A stretch of 64,000 bases of DNA from Isurus oxyrinchus. Its lineage: Eukaryota. This document shows positions 23,575 to 35,539 of the stretch, one piece after another. Numbering within the stretch: position 1 is the first letter of the stretch; each line of letters begins with the position of its first letter. Below the pieces are notes generated by a model. It searched no databases, was not told the DNA's origin, and saw only the letters and a list, made by a program, of their open reading frames with translations. A program made the translations under genes and the position numbers. The DNA is taken from contig JANJGN010000035.1 of NCBI GenBank assembly GCA_026770705.1, forward strand, positions 13,330,001 to 13,394,000. The letters are read 5' to 3'.

Positions 23575-23760
23575 AGCATCGGCGGAGAATAAAAGAGTTG
23601 ACGTTTCGAGTCCTCATTACCCTTCGACAGAACTTGAGTTCGAATTCGAACTCAAGTTCTGTCGAAGGGTCATGAGGACTCGAAACGTCAAATCTTTTCT
23701 TCTCCGCCGATGCTGCCAGACCTGCTGAGTTTTTCCAGGTAATTCTGTTTTTGTTTTTGA
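23575..23760. mobile_element. Penelope-like terminus present as an inverted pair (palindrome 23575-23714), each arm with a hammerhead-like motif
   Basis: 70-bp arms with 3 mismatches, centred on GAATTC (23642-23647). The right arm continues gatgctgccagacctgctgagtttttccagg...tgtttttg. Confidence 0.8.
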
Positions 23761-25269
23761 TTTGTACATGTCCAGCTTCCACATGTGGAAAAATTGCTTG
23801 ATTTTATGGTTATTCCCATTCCTTCGGTCGTTGGAAATGGTGTCCGCTCTTCAACATATTGACTGTACTGAAACATGGACCAGTTTACGCTTCAGTCTTG
23901 TGGGCTCAAACAAATAAAAAACACCAGAATACAAATTGATCTCCTATTTACTGGTTGAAACCGTCATTCGTGCTGCTGGATCATTACAGCTAAGACCCCG
24001 AGGTGAAGGTAATATTGCTTGTTGCTGTGAATAGTGTCTGTAACAATGTGAGGAATAGGAGCAGGTGTAGCATAATCTGGACTTCAGGGCTTCTCTAACA
24101 CTCAATATGCACATGGCTCCATTTCAATTTCAATTGCAACTTCCAGAAAAGTCCTTCTGCTCCTTGGTTCTCTCAGAACACCGAGATTTGTCAATGTCAG
24201 TCTTGAATATAATCAACGGTAATCGATAATTCCCCTTCTCCAGATTTCAAAACTTTCACAAGCCTTTGAATGAAATATTTTCCCTCATGCCAGCCTCATT
24301 GGCTGACATCTGCCTCTGAATTTCTGAGTGCAGAACCTAGAGGCCCGAGCCACAGCATGCAGTGCTGGACATCTGCATAACCCCTTCACTTTCTTAAAAA
24401 ATATAGAGAACGTGGAATTAATAACAAAAAAAATGCTGAAACACAAGGAAATCGGATGTCCTTTCAAGCGTCAGGTCCCAGGCCTTGCGTTCAGAGGCTT
24501 AAATTTACATAATTTAATTTGAAAATTATAATAGCATCTCCAAAGAAACCGGGCAAGGGAGAAGAGGGAACACAATTGATGCTGGCAACCTGGACAATTG
24601 CAGAAGAAAATACATAAATTCCAACATTCAAGGAGCTTTCACTTCAAGAGAAAAGCGTTCTAAAGTAACGTTAAAAAAGGCCAATGGAAAATGGTCGCAA
24701 TGAAACTTGCCTCTGCTCGTCCTGGTGAATCAGAATTGAAAAGGCATCTTTTCCTTTTTCACTCCTATTTCTCCTCTCAGTGCCCAGGCCTTTGTTCTTC
24801 TGCAGCTTGACTGCACGAATATTGATTGACCATACACGGCCTTCACGGTGATTCCAACATTCAATCAATTAATGATTCAACATTTACTTCAATTGCTTGT
24901 CCGTGACCTTCCCTTCTACCCCGTTCTTCCTACGGAATATTGAGAAATATCGAGCTCAATTCTGAATATTTTCAGCGAGAAGTCACAAATGTGGCGTATG
25001 TAGATTTCAGAAGGTTCACCGACTTTGAATCGTTATTTTCTGCATCTCAATCAGAATGTCCCATGCCGTGTTCTGCCAGTCTGGTAGGTAGTACCACCGT
25101 TCTCAGCGATTGCAAACATTCCTGAAACATCCACATTCTCACGTGCTTCAAAATGTTGTGTGTCTCAATGAGAATGCTTCCCAATATTGAACTAACAACA
25201 GGACATGAATGAAACGGTCAGGCGTTATTTGTGGAGAGATGGAGAGTTGTGAAGTGCCAGCTCTTTTGC

Positions 25270-26020
25270 TTTTCTTACAGAGGCTTAACTTTGCCAAAAT
25301 GGAAAGTGAGAATGATATCATTGATTGCAAATGAGACAAGGAAAGGCCAGGGACACTGCAGTGCAAAGAGGTCGCAGTGCATCAGCGAGAAGAATGTACC
25401 AAACTATAAATAGGTACCAAAAGACTGGCGAGGTGGGCAGAAAATTGGCAAATATCATTTAACCCATGGAAGTGTGAGATGGTGCAATTCGAAATGTCAA
25501 GCAAGGCAAATGATAACACATGACAGAAAGTAGGTAATTAAATTAGAAAGAGTGAAGAGAACACTTACGAGTATCTTGCCTCGATTGGTAAATTGCAGAT
25601 ATGAGGAAAGATTGAATAGGCCTGGGCTATCCCCGTTGGAACGGAGGAGGCTGCGAGGAGGTGCAATTGAGATGAGCAGAATCGTTTCGGCTCTGGATAA
25701 ATTGGCTAGGCTGGCGCAATTAACTTCATTAAAGTGGTTAGTGACAACCGGCTGGTGAGTCAAAGTTTTTGATGGAAAGATTAAAGGGGAGATGAGGGTT
25801 GTTTTCTCTCTCCAAAAGGGCTGAGCCGTCAGGCAACGACTGGCTGAAAAGATGGTAGAGGCTGAAGCCCTCAAATCATTTAAACGCCTTGTGATTATGC
25901 TCATCAGGTCTCATGACCTGCAGGGCTGTAGGCCAATATGTAGCAAGTAGGATTAATCTGGCTGGTTCCTTTCTAGCCCGCCGCGGACACGATGGAGCAA
26001 GTGGACCTCCTTTTTGTGCC
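25270..26020 (+). mobile_element. CR1-type LINE 3' portion, decayed
   Basis: ORF 25552-25758 has YEERLNRPGLSPLERRRLRG; tggcaaatatcatttaacccatggaagtgtgag reads WQ..FN..KCE. Confidence 0.8.
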
Positions 26021-26488
26021 ATTAGGTATTCTTGATTCTGTATTGATATTATATGTTGAGGGTTAACGGAAGTACAATTCGTTCGAGGAACCAAGGCAGC
26101 TTTAACATGATTACTGATAATATTCAAGAAAACGTCTGCACAAGAATTATGTATTTCAAAATAGCCAAATAAAGGTTCGATGGAAAAGGTGGCAGTGAAG
26201 TCAGCGTGCAAGGGTCATATTTGAGCTCTGGAAAAGTATTTTATGCTGTCAACTATCTCAGCTGCAATTCACTTCACAGCTAAATAATTTTTTGAAACGG
26301 GACTGATGTACATCCCATTTCCCTAAACAGCAGTCGAACATTTACAGACAGTTCGGGATAAGTCTTTTGCTGAACCATTGTTTACAGATGGGAATGAGGG
26401 CAACAAAGCCTCGAGGTAATGATTTAATCGACACAGCTGTATAGGATTGGAGCAATGGAGGCTCTGGGCAGTTTTGATAGAGTTGTAG

Positions 26489-26893
26489 ATGTTTATTTTC
26501 TGTGTTACATGCAGCGGCAACCACAATGAATCGGGAAATAGTTCTGTCTCCTATAAGCGAGGTTGCTTTTCAAATTCCATGTCAGTACTCGGACATTTTT
26601 TAACATCTAGGTTTTCTTTCCTGTTGTGATGAATAATAACGATGTCCAGCGATGTCCAATTTCAAATGATGCTGTCAGAAAAAAAAAATATATCGATTCA
26701 ATGTTTGCAACGACAATGTGGGCCAGAATGGGAGCTGAGGCTTTGGTGGTTATACACAGCCCTCTGTTAAACCGGAAATAGGAAATTGGAATATCAGCGT
26801 TACCTTTTCTCCGGGCGCCGGGAATAAAGTTGTGTGCTTAATGTTTATTTTCTGTGTTACATGCAGCGGCAACCACATTGAATCGGGAAATAG
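26489..26893. repeat. 53-bp direct repeats (26489-26541 and 26841-26893) flanking 299 bp
   Basis: atgtttattttctgtgttacatgcagcggcaaccaca(a/t)tgaatcgggaaatag occurs twice with one mismatch. Confidence 0.9.
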
Positions 26894-27470
26894 CGGCCAG
26901 AGCACATACCGAGGTTGGAGAATAAAGTATTTAATGATTAATATCTTCAGGACAAGCTGCGGAAAGATCAGAAGTGGATTGTTTAACTGAAGGTCTTTCC
27001 CTGCAAAATCTTGTTACTGGCCTGGAGCCTGTGAAACGGATAATTTAGAGAGGGACACAGAATTTGCTTTCTTGCTTTGCGTGTGGATGTTCTAACATTT
27101 TGCAAATATAGAACAACTAATTGTGCCATTTTCCTACACCAAATTCTATGTCAATCATTTTGCAATATCGCGCTCCTTTTTCGGTAACTTATTGCCACTC
27201 ATTAATTCATGCATTGTCTAAAACATGGAGGGCCCAGTGCAAAAAAGGCAGGAAAAGGCATCGGTCACATCACACTTCGCAGTGAAAGGGCGAGTCCTGG
27301 GTGAGAGTGAGAAGATTTATTAAGAGAAGGAGAAGGGCTTCCGGCTGTCTGCCTGTGATGTAAATGTCCTGTAGAGAGCGGATTTTCCAGGGAGGAAATA
27401 TAAAACGAACAGAGGTTGTACTGAGTGAGTTGAGTGTTTGAAGAACGCTGTGTAATAAGCTGCATTCGAA

Positions 27471-27509
27471 GTTCTGTCAGCTCAGTCAGTTCAATTTCCT
27501 GTTCGAGCG
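27471..27509 (+). pseudogene. tRNA-Lys pseudogene with a 34-nt internal deletion
   Basis: GTTCTGTCAGCTCAGTCAG joined directly to TTCAATTTCCTGTTCGAGCG, at the expected position within the cassette flanks (26840-28460). Confidence 0.75.
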
Positions 27510-28499
27510 ATGAATTATTTCGTCGCTCCACGTAAAACGGAAAAACAGGCGGCATTTTGCAAGGATGTTCTTAATCCCTGAACGAATTCAATTGCGTTCA
27601 GTGTCAGAAAATTCACACCGGCTCCACATATCAATAGCTTCAGTTGCCTCCTAGATTTGTGTTGTACATATGCAGCTTCCCAATGTTGTCAAACTGCTTC
27701 CTTACTTGGCTCGTGATTGTTGGGGTTTTCCCATTCTTTAGGCCGTTGGAAATGAAGTCCTTACATCAATTTTTGACACTACATAAACCGGGACCAGTAT
27801 ACCCTTCAGCCCTGTTTTCTCAAGGGAATGACATTCATGGACATGCATATTGCACTCTTATTTAACTCATTAAGTCACTCAGCCCTGCTGATGCATCTAC
27901 ACTGCTAAGAACCCTACTTCAATATCATACTGCTTGTGTTGCAAATAGGGCCTGTATCAATGGAAGAAATAGCAGCAGGGCCAGCATATTCTGTCTTTCA
28001 GGAGTCCCCGAACACTCAACACCTGCATGGCTCAATTTCGATCTCAACTGCAGCTTTCAGGACATCTCTTCTACACCTTTGTTCTCACCAAACACCGATA
28101 AAAATCGCTGTCGGCTTTAAAATAATCAGCGAGAATCTAAAGTTCTCCGTGTCCAGAACTGAATAAGTTCACAGGCCTTTGAACGAAACCGTTTTCCTAA
28201 ACCCATTCTTAATGGGTGACAACTGTCTCTGAGACAATGACTGCGGGATCTAGAGACCCCAGTCACAGCAAAAATTCCTGGATATCTACATCATCACTTC
28301 ACCTTCTTCAACAATGTAGAGATTGTACAATTAAATACAGAATATACAAAGAAGACAGGCGTTATTCCAGGCGTCAGCTCCCAGGCGTGACGTTCAGAGG
28401 CTCAAATTGCAAACATGGAATTCTCAAGTTATTATAGCATCTCCAAACAAACCGGGAAGAGCGAACGAGTTCGTGGTTCAAACAGAGAACCCAGGACAA

Positions 28500-29290
28500 G
28501 ACTTCAGATGAAGAATGTTCGCAGATTATTCCCATTTTCAAAAATAATAAAGGTACAAAGCTAAAGAATCTGTATCTACGGAGCATTCGAAACAAAACAG
28601 ATGGGCGGATTGTGCAAAAGGAAGTAAAAAGGTACGACGTGATGACCATCAAAGAGGGATGCCGACTAAATGATTTAGATTGCGACCTGAATACTAAAAT
28701 GTGCCTGACACTTAGGGAGGGGAGGAAGTGAGCAAATTGTTGAGGGGGCTGTTCTGTGAATTAATGATTGTATCAGCCAATTAGAGAGGGATGGTGTAAT
28801 TTAAGAAAACCAGAATGTGGAAGCCGTTGGGTTAAATGAGGAATTATAATTTGATCAAGTCACATCTGGGAGTTTTACACCGGCGTCTAAATTAAAACTG
28901 CAAGGTTCGACAGAGTATAAACAAAGAATTAATGGGTCGGTGCCAGAAAGCTACAGGAAGAATCAAATGAATTTTAATTGATTCCATGGAATTTTTTCAG
29001 GAAACTTTCTTAGAAAAGCACACCCTGCAATCAAACGGACAACACGTTATATTAGGCCTGGTAATGAGCAATGGGAGGGCATTAATCGATAGCCTCACAG
29101 AGAAGGCACCCCTAGGTAGCAGCAAATCATAATAATATCTAATTCCACATTCAATTTGATGGGGAAAAGAGTGTCTCTCGAACTAGCCTTTCAAACTTGA
29201 ATGAGGGCAATTATGAAGGCATGAAATTGGAGCTAGCTGAAGTGAACTGGCCAATGAGTTTATCGGGTAGGTCAGTGGAGCTCAGTGGCA
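28500..29290 (+). mobile_element. CR1 endonuclease-region fragment
   Basis: ctgtatctacggagcattcgaaacaaaacagatg (RSIRNK.D) and ctaggtagcagc...tcataat (LG.SDHN-like). Confidence 0.75.
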
Positions 29291-29309
29291 AACAAACGAA
29301 CATTGCTGA

Positions 29310-30560
29310 ACAAGAATATAGAAAAATATATATAGGAACTGGAGTAGGTAATTTGGCCCTTCGAGCCTGCTCTGCCATTCAATATCATCATGGCCGACCC
29401 TCTTTCTCAAAATGTTGATGTCATTCGAGTCGAGGATCTCTCCATTTCCTTCTAACTATATTCAGTGAGTTAAATTCCCCAGCTTCTGTGGCAGAGAATT
29501 CCATAATTTCACCGCCCTCTCAGTCCTAAACAGTCTAGAACATAGCCTGAGAATGTGCCCCGTTGTTCTATGCACCTCAGCCAGAGGAAATTTCATTCCT
29601 GCATACAGTGTGTCATTCCCTCAATGACGTCTCCTCTCATTCTTCACAGCTCCAGTAAATAGAGGCCTAGTCGGGCGAAGCCCTCCTCATGGGACAATCC
29701 TGCCTTGCCAGCAATCAGCCTGGTGCAACTCTGTTGAGCTCACTCCATGGCAAGTATATCATTTAATTGTTAAGCGCACCAAAACTGCACACCCTACTCC
29801 AGATATGATCTCACCGAGGCCCTGTAAAATTGCAATAACACATCCTGGCACCTGTACTCATGTTCATTGGCCATGAAGACCAACGTACCATTCGTCTTAT
29901 TAACTTCTTACTCCACTTGCGATTTTTCTTTCAGTCATTGATGTACAAGGATAACCAGGGCCCTTTGTACATCAACTTCTCCCAATCCATCACTATTTGA
30001 ATAATGCCATTCAATTCTGCTTTTCATATCCAAGCTGATAACTTCAAACTGATCAACGTTAAGCAGCATCTGCCATTTATTTTCCCATTCAATCAAACTG
30101 TCTCAATCGCATTGAAACCTCGAAACAGCCTCCGCCCTACTCACATTCCCACCAAGCTTCGTGTTGTCAGCAAACTTGGTAAAATTAGGTTTTGCACTCT
30201 CATCCAAATCATTGATAAATATTGTGAACAGCATGTGCCCAAACCCAGGATCTGCGGTACCCCACTGTCACTGCCTGCCATTCTGAAACATACCCGTTTA
30301 TTCGATGCTCTTTTATCTGCCAGCTAAGAATTTTCAATCCATGCCAATAATATTACCTCCAACTGCATGTGCTTGAACTTCAAACTCTAACTGTGCAAAA
30401 AACGTTCAGAAAGAAAATACAAATGAACCACATCAACGGTTATGCCATATCTATTTTGCTAGCTACGCTCCCACAGAACTAGAGTAAATTTGTCAAATAT
30501 GTTTTCTCTTTCAAAAATCCCTTTTCAATTTGCCTAATCCGATTGGCATTACCTCAGTGT
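29310..30560 (-). mobile_element. CR1-type LINE RT and 3' end, antisense
   Basis: Tail ggagtaggtaatttggcccttcgagcctgctctgccattcaatatcatcatggc; gtgttgtcagcaaacttgg is antisense KFADNT; ggtaccccactg is antisense SGVP. Confidence 0.85.
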
Positions 30561-30579
30561 ATTGTCATCACAGACATAT

Positions 30580-31590
30580 AACGGGATAATTCAGAATAAA
30601 TGCATTCCATTGAGAAGGAAAAATTACAAGGGGACGGGTAGCAATGCTGATGAATTTAAAAAAGTTGAACTCGTTACAAACTTAAAGAAACAGCATATTA
30701 TCACACACAGAGAGAAGGACTGGCAAGAGATTGGAAATAAAAAGAAATGAACAGAAACGAATGACAAAGTATTAATGAGAGAAAATTAGAGGTATAAGAG
30801 CAAACTATCCAGTAATATAAAGACGGAAAATAAGAGGGTCCACAGAGGTTTAATAAGAAAGAGTTGATGATGTGAGCATTGGTCCTATATAGAGTGTGCC
30901 TGAGGAATTTGTAATGTAAAGTAGTGAGGTGCCGGATGAATTAAAAGATATTTTTCTTCGGCATTTATTATATCAAAACAAGTAACATCCCAGAAATAGA
31001 TGTAAATCCGGAAAGGGGAGGGAGGAGAGAAATCGGGAAAATTGCAGTCACCATGTGATATGATGTTAATCAAATTGTTCGGATTCTGGGCTGACAAATC
31101 CATTGGTCTGGAAGGATATGGATAGAGAAATGATAAATTCATTAGATTTAATTTTCCAAAAAATCTCTAGGTTGGGGTTATATTCCATTAAATAGGAAGT
31201 AGCAAATATAACTCGTTCATTCAAAAAGGGAAGGTGACAGAAAGCAGGAAATTACAGGCCAGTTAGCCAAACATCTGTCAAGGGGAAAGTGTTAGAAGGT
31301 ATTATTAAAGATGTTATAGCAGAGAGCTAACAAAAAATCAAGGCAATCGAGATGATTGAACATAGTTTTGTGAAAGAGAAGTCAGGTTTAACCAATTTGT
31401 TGGCGTTCTTTGAAGCAGTGCTTTGCGCTGTAGTTAATGCAACACCGATGCATGCACTATGCTTAGAGTTCCATAAAGCATTTGATAAAGTGGCATGTCG
31501 AAGGCTATTTTGTAAAATAAAAGCTCATGATGGCGGGTCTAAGATATGGGCATGGATGGAAGATTGGCCAGAAAACAGACAGTTTGTTTT
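30580..31590 (+). mobile_element. CR1 ORF2 fragment (paralog of 115-1105)
   Basis: ORF 31352-31621 has SGLTNLLAFFE and EFHKAFDKV; ggaaattacaggccagttagc reads GNYRPVS. Confidence 0.85.
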
Positions 31591-31654
31591 CAGTATTCAT
31601 TTCAGCACTTGGACCTTATGATTAAGTCTAGATTTTCTTTCATAATATGGTAAT

Positions 31655-32050
31655 GGAAGGATGAGGGGGGATGCGATTGAAACTTACAGATTACTGAAAG
31701 GCCTGGATAGACTGGACGTGGGGAAGATAATTCCATTAGTAGGAGAGAATAGGACCCGACGGCACAGCCTCAGAGTAAAAGGGAAATATTTTAGAACAGA
31801 GATGAGGAGAAACTTATTTGGCCAGAGATGGTGAATCTATGGAATTCATTACCAGAGAAGGCTTTGGAGGCCAGGGCATTGAGTGTATTTAAGACTGAGT
31901 TAGAGAGGTTCTTCATTCGTTAAGGGGATGAAAGATTACGGGGAGAAGGCGGGAGTATGGGTTTGAGAAAATTAACAGCCATAATTGAATGGCGGAGCAG
32001 TTTCGATGGGCCGAATGGCTGAATGTCAGCTCCTATGTCTTATGGTCTCA
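31655..32050 (+). mobile_element. 5'-truncated CR1 3' end, relatively young; absent from the paralogous site near 1165
   Basis: agaacagagatgaggagaaac...gtgaatctatggaattc...gatgggccgaatggc...cctatgtcttatggtct tail. Confidence 0.85.
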
Positions 32051-32999
32051 CGGTGATAGAAAATGCTTCAGTGAATATCAATTACAAATAAGGCAGTGAT
32101 AAAATCAATCATTATATAATTTCAAACCATTACATCCACAAATTGTTCTTCGTGAGCCCCTCAATGTTGGTGGTTCAAGTGCCCAGCTCATTATCAGGAA
32201 ATCGTGAGTTTGCATCTCTGCTGCGCCTTTATTCCAAACTAATTTACAAAGATTTAGTCCTTGTCAGCAATTCTGGTGCCTGGCTTATTTTAAGCAATCA
32301 TTCAGAATGAGGTTCGTATACAAAAAAAAAGCTCAAGATGTTCTTTGTTACATCTCACCGCTTGTGCATAAAAACAATTGGTTTGCGCACTGTATTTTTT
32401 CCCTCTGTGCGACAGATCATGGCAGCTAGATTGAACTGGGAAATAGCGGCCAGGGCACAAAGTGAACTCCACAACAAAGGATTCAATGATTCATATCATC
32501 AGGAAAGGCTGCATAAAAAATGAAACGTGGAACATATATATGAAGTTCTTTTCCTGCAAAATCTATTAACTGCTCTGGATTCTGTGAAAAGCACAATTTA
32601 CAAAAGGTCACCGAGTTTACTTGAATTTTCTCGCGTTTTGCCCAGATAGAGCCACAAATGGTGCCGTTTTCTGCCCCTAAATCGATGCTCATCATGTTGC
32701 AATTTTGCACTACTGTTTCGGCAACTTAATGAACCTCATTAATTAATGTTGTGACCAAAACATTGAGCGCCCAACACGGAGGAAAAGGCAGCTGTCACAT
32801 CACACGTCACAATGAAATAGCGAGTCCTTGGTAGGAGTGAGAAGATCTACTAAGACAAAGAGAAGGGTTCAAGATTGGCTGCGTGTGATGCAAATGTTTT
32901 GCTGAGAGTGGTTTTCCCAGGAAGGAAATACAAAATGAACGGCGGTTGTATAGCCTGTATTGAGTGTTAGCAGAACCCTGTGTAATAGCAAGAACTGAT

Positions 33000-33072
33000 C
33001 CTCAGCTGGCTCATCCGGTGCAGCATCGGACTTTTGACCCGCGGGTCCAGGGTTCAAGTCCCTGTTCAATCA
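33000..33072 (+). pseudogene. tRNA-Lys(TTT) pseudogene, sister of the 23281 copy
   Basis: CCTCAGCTGGCTCATCCGGTGCAGCATCGGACTTTTGACCCGCGGGTCCAGGGTTCAAGTCCCTGTTCAATCA; T arm intact, other stems broken. Confidence 0.85.
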
Positions 33073-34289
33073 ACGCTTCTATTTTGCTCATTCAACAGAA
33101 AACCGAGAATGAGTCACTTTGCAACGGTTTCCTTGCTCCCTTCGTGATTTTATTTGTGTCCAACATCAGAAAATGTACATTAAAATAGCTTCTAATGCCT
33201 CCGAGATTGAGTTTTCCATGTCCAGATACCCAATATGTGGAAAAACTGCTTCGTGATTTGGATAGTCATTTTTTTGGGTTTTCCCATTCTTTAAAACGTT
33301 GGAAATGCTAACCGCATTTTGACTGTACATAAACCAGGAAGCATGAAAATTAGTGCATGTACTCAAGCGAATAAAGAACAGGAGAATGCAAATTGCATTC
33401 CTACTGAACTCATTTAAAGACGCAATCCTGCTGATGGATATGCGCTGCTTGGAGCCCGAGGTCAATATACTTCTGCTTGTTGTTGTGAAAAGTGTATGTA
33501 AGAATATGAGAAATAGGAGCAGGTACAGCATATAGTGGCTTTCAGGACTGCACAACACTCAATCTGTGCATGGCTCAATTCCGATCTCAACTGCAACTTC
33601 CACAACAGTCTGTTAAACTTTCGATCGTACCAATCACCGAGAAAGATCGATGTCAGCCTTGAAAATAATGAATGAGAATTGGAAGTTCTCCGTGTCCAGA
33701 ACAGAAGACGTTCACAAGCCTTTGAATGAAAATGTTTTCCTCATCCCAGTCTTAATTGCTGACACTGGCCACTGAAACTCTGACTGCCAGACCAAGAGAC
33801 AACAAACATTCTGCGATATCGATATCATCTCTTCACTTTCTTCAAAAAATTTAGAGAACTTAGAATTAAAAGGAGAAAATGCAGGAACTATTCCGCAAGT
33901 CATGTCGTCATTCCAAATTTCAACTCTCAGCCGATTCATTCAGAGGCTGAAATTGCCATCATTGAATTAGGGAATAATAACAGCAGTGCCAAAGAAAGCG
34001 GGCAAGGGAGAACAAGTTTGCGGTCCCAGGAGTAAAATAATGGACCAGAGCCAACACTACATTCAGGAGCATCGGAAATCCAATTTATGATGGCTTCTTA
34101 GAGAATCAGAAGAAATAATAGAAGCCAACATTCAAGAAATTCCCAGCTGAAGGGTAATGTATTCTACATTAGACCAATCAGGGGCTAATTGAAGGGGGTG
34201 ACAGTTGAACTGGTCTCTGCCCGTCCTGGTAACTCAGCATTGGAAATGCATTTGCTCTTCGCTCACCATCTCGCCTCTAATTCGCTTCA

Positions 34290-35480
34290 CAGCAAAATAA
34301 TCTGACGTAAATTCTGACCAGCGTCGGAAATTGCTGGTGAGCAGGAATGAGAAGAAATACATACTTGCCTGGCCTTGAAAATAGCGTTCCCACTTCCGCT
34401 TGCCAGTACTGCTTGTGGTGTGCGCCTTTAGGCCCCGCTCAGCACCCAGCAAAGTCCAGATCCAGCGTATTCAGGGAGAACGCGCCTCCTTTTTTAGAGC
34501 ATATTCTGTCGTAAAGCAGATATGTTTAAATGGCAAGGGAAATTGACAGGCCAGCGGAAGGGCAGTATCTAATGTAAGGAGATAGGAATTGGGCTTGGGG
34601 CGATCAAAAAGCGTGACCGGGCGTCGTGGAAGAGGGTAAAGGGAGGTCGGGGGCTCCGTTGTTTGTGCGTGTGTTGTGGGGTGGCCGGGGGGGGGTGGGG
34701 GGTGTCCGTAATTCGAGTGAGGGTGATTGGGTCCGGAGATCGTTGGAGTGCGGGGGAGCTGTCTGGAGGTAGGAGGGGCTGAGGTCTTTCGGAGGGGGGT
34801 CGGGGGTGGTGGGGGGGGGGGGGGGGGTGGGGGGGCGGTGATTTGGGGTTTGGTTTGTTGGTTGGGGCCGAGGGCGGTCTCTGGAGGTCGGGTGAGTGGT
34901 GCAGAGGCTGTGGGTTCCAGATGTTAGGTGTGAGTCTGCATGTCGGCGTGTTTCCTCAGTTTGGGGGGCGGGGGGGGGGGGGGGCGAAGTTCATTGGGCT
35001 ATTGGGGGAGGGGGTGCTGGGGAGTGCTCAGAGGCCTCGGGATCCGAGGTAGTGGTCTGGAATGCGACATTGCTGGAGGCGCATGTGCTGATGTCGGTGG
35101 GTTGAAGGAGTTGCTGTCGGAGGTCAGTTGACACTTTGATAAGCTAGCCCCGTGGGGGAGCCATGTTGCAGTTATGTGCAGTGGGGTCGCTATGTATTTT
35201 TTACAACACTTGCCCAGAATCAAGAAGAAGATTTATTTCTTCCAACATTTTTCAGCATAACTATTTTTGAAACCTGGCAGGAACCATCAAATTTTACGAT
35301 TTCAGTCGGATTTCAGGATGGTCCCGAGCATAGCGTAATCGTCCAGAGGAAGGGTGCACTCCTAAGCAATTGTCGTGCAAACACTTACTTGGAAACCTCC
35401 CAGGAGAATTCTCCACAGCATCTTTGAGGTACCCCCAAATCCGACGCTGGGGATCGCCGAAGTTACGGCTAATGTTCTAA
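34290..35480. repeat. G-rich-core interspersed repeat (paralog of 3430-4150, with a longer G tract)
   Basis: Long G runs at 34685-35015; flanks align with 3430-3720 and 3900-4150. Confidence 0.5.
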
Positions 35481-35539
35481 AAGGAGTGGAAATTCATCCT
35501 AATTGTCTGAATAGTAGCCGAACATTTACAGAGATTCCA

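Noticed and set aside
23281-23714. Pol III transcript running from the pseudo-tRNA into the hammerhead palindrome as one RNA
   Set aside because: T runs of four or more at 23429-23432, 23493-23496 and 23550-23555 should terminate Pol III first, and the A box is damaged.
23447-23782. Overlapping ORFs on both strands sharing the peptide PSTELEFEFELKFCRRVMRTRNV
   Set aside because: This is a trivial consequence of the DNA palindrome.
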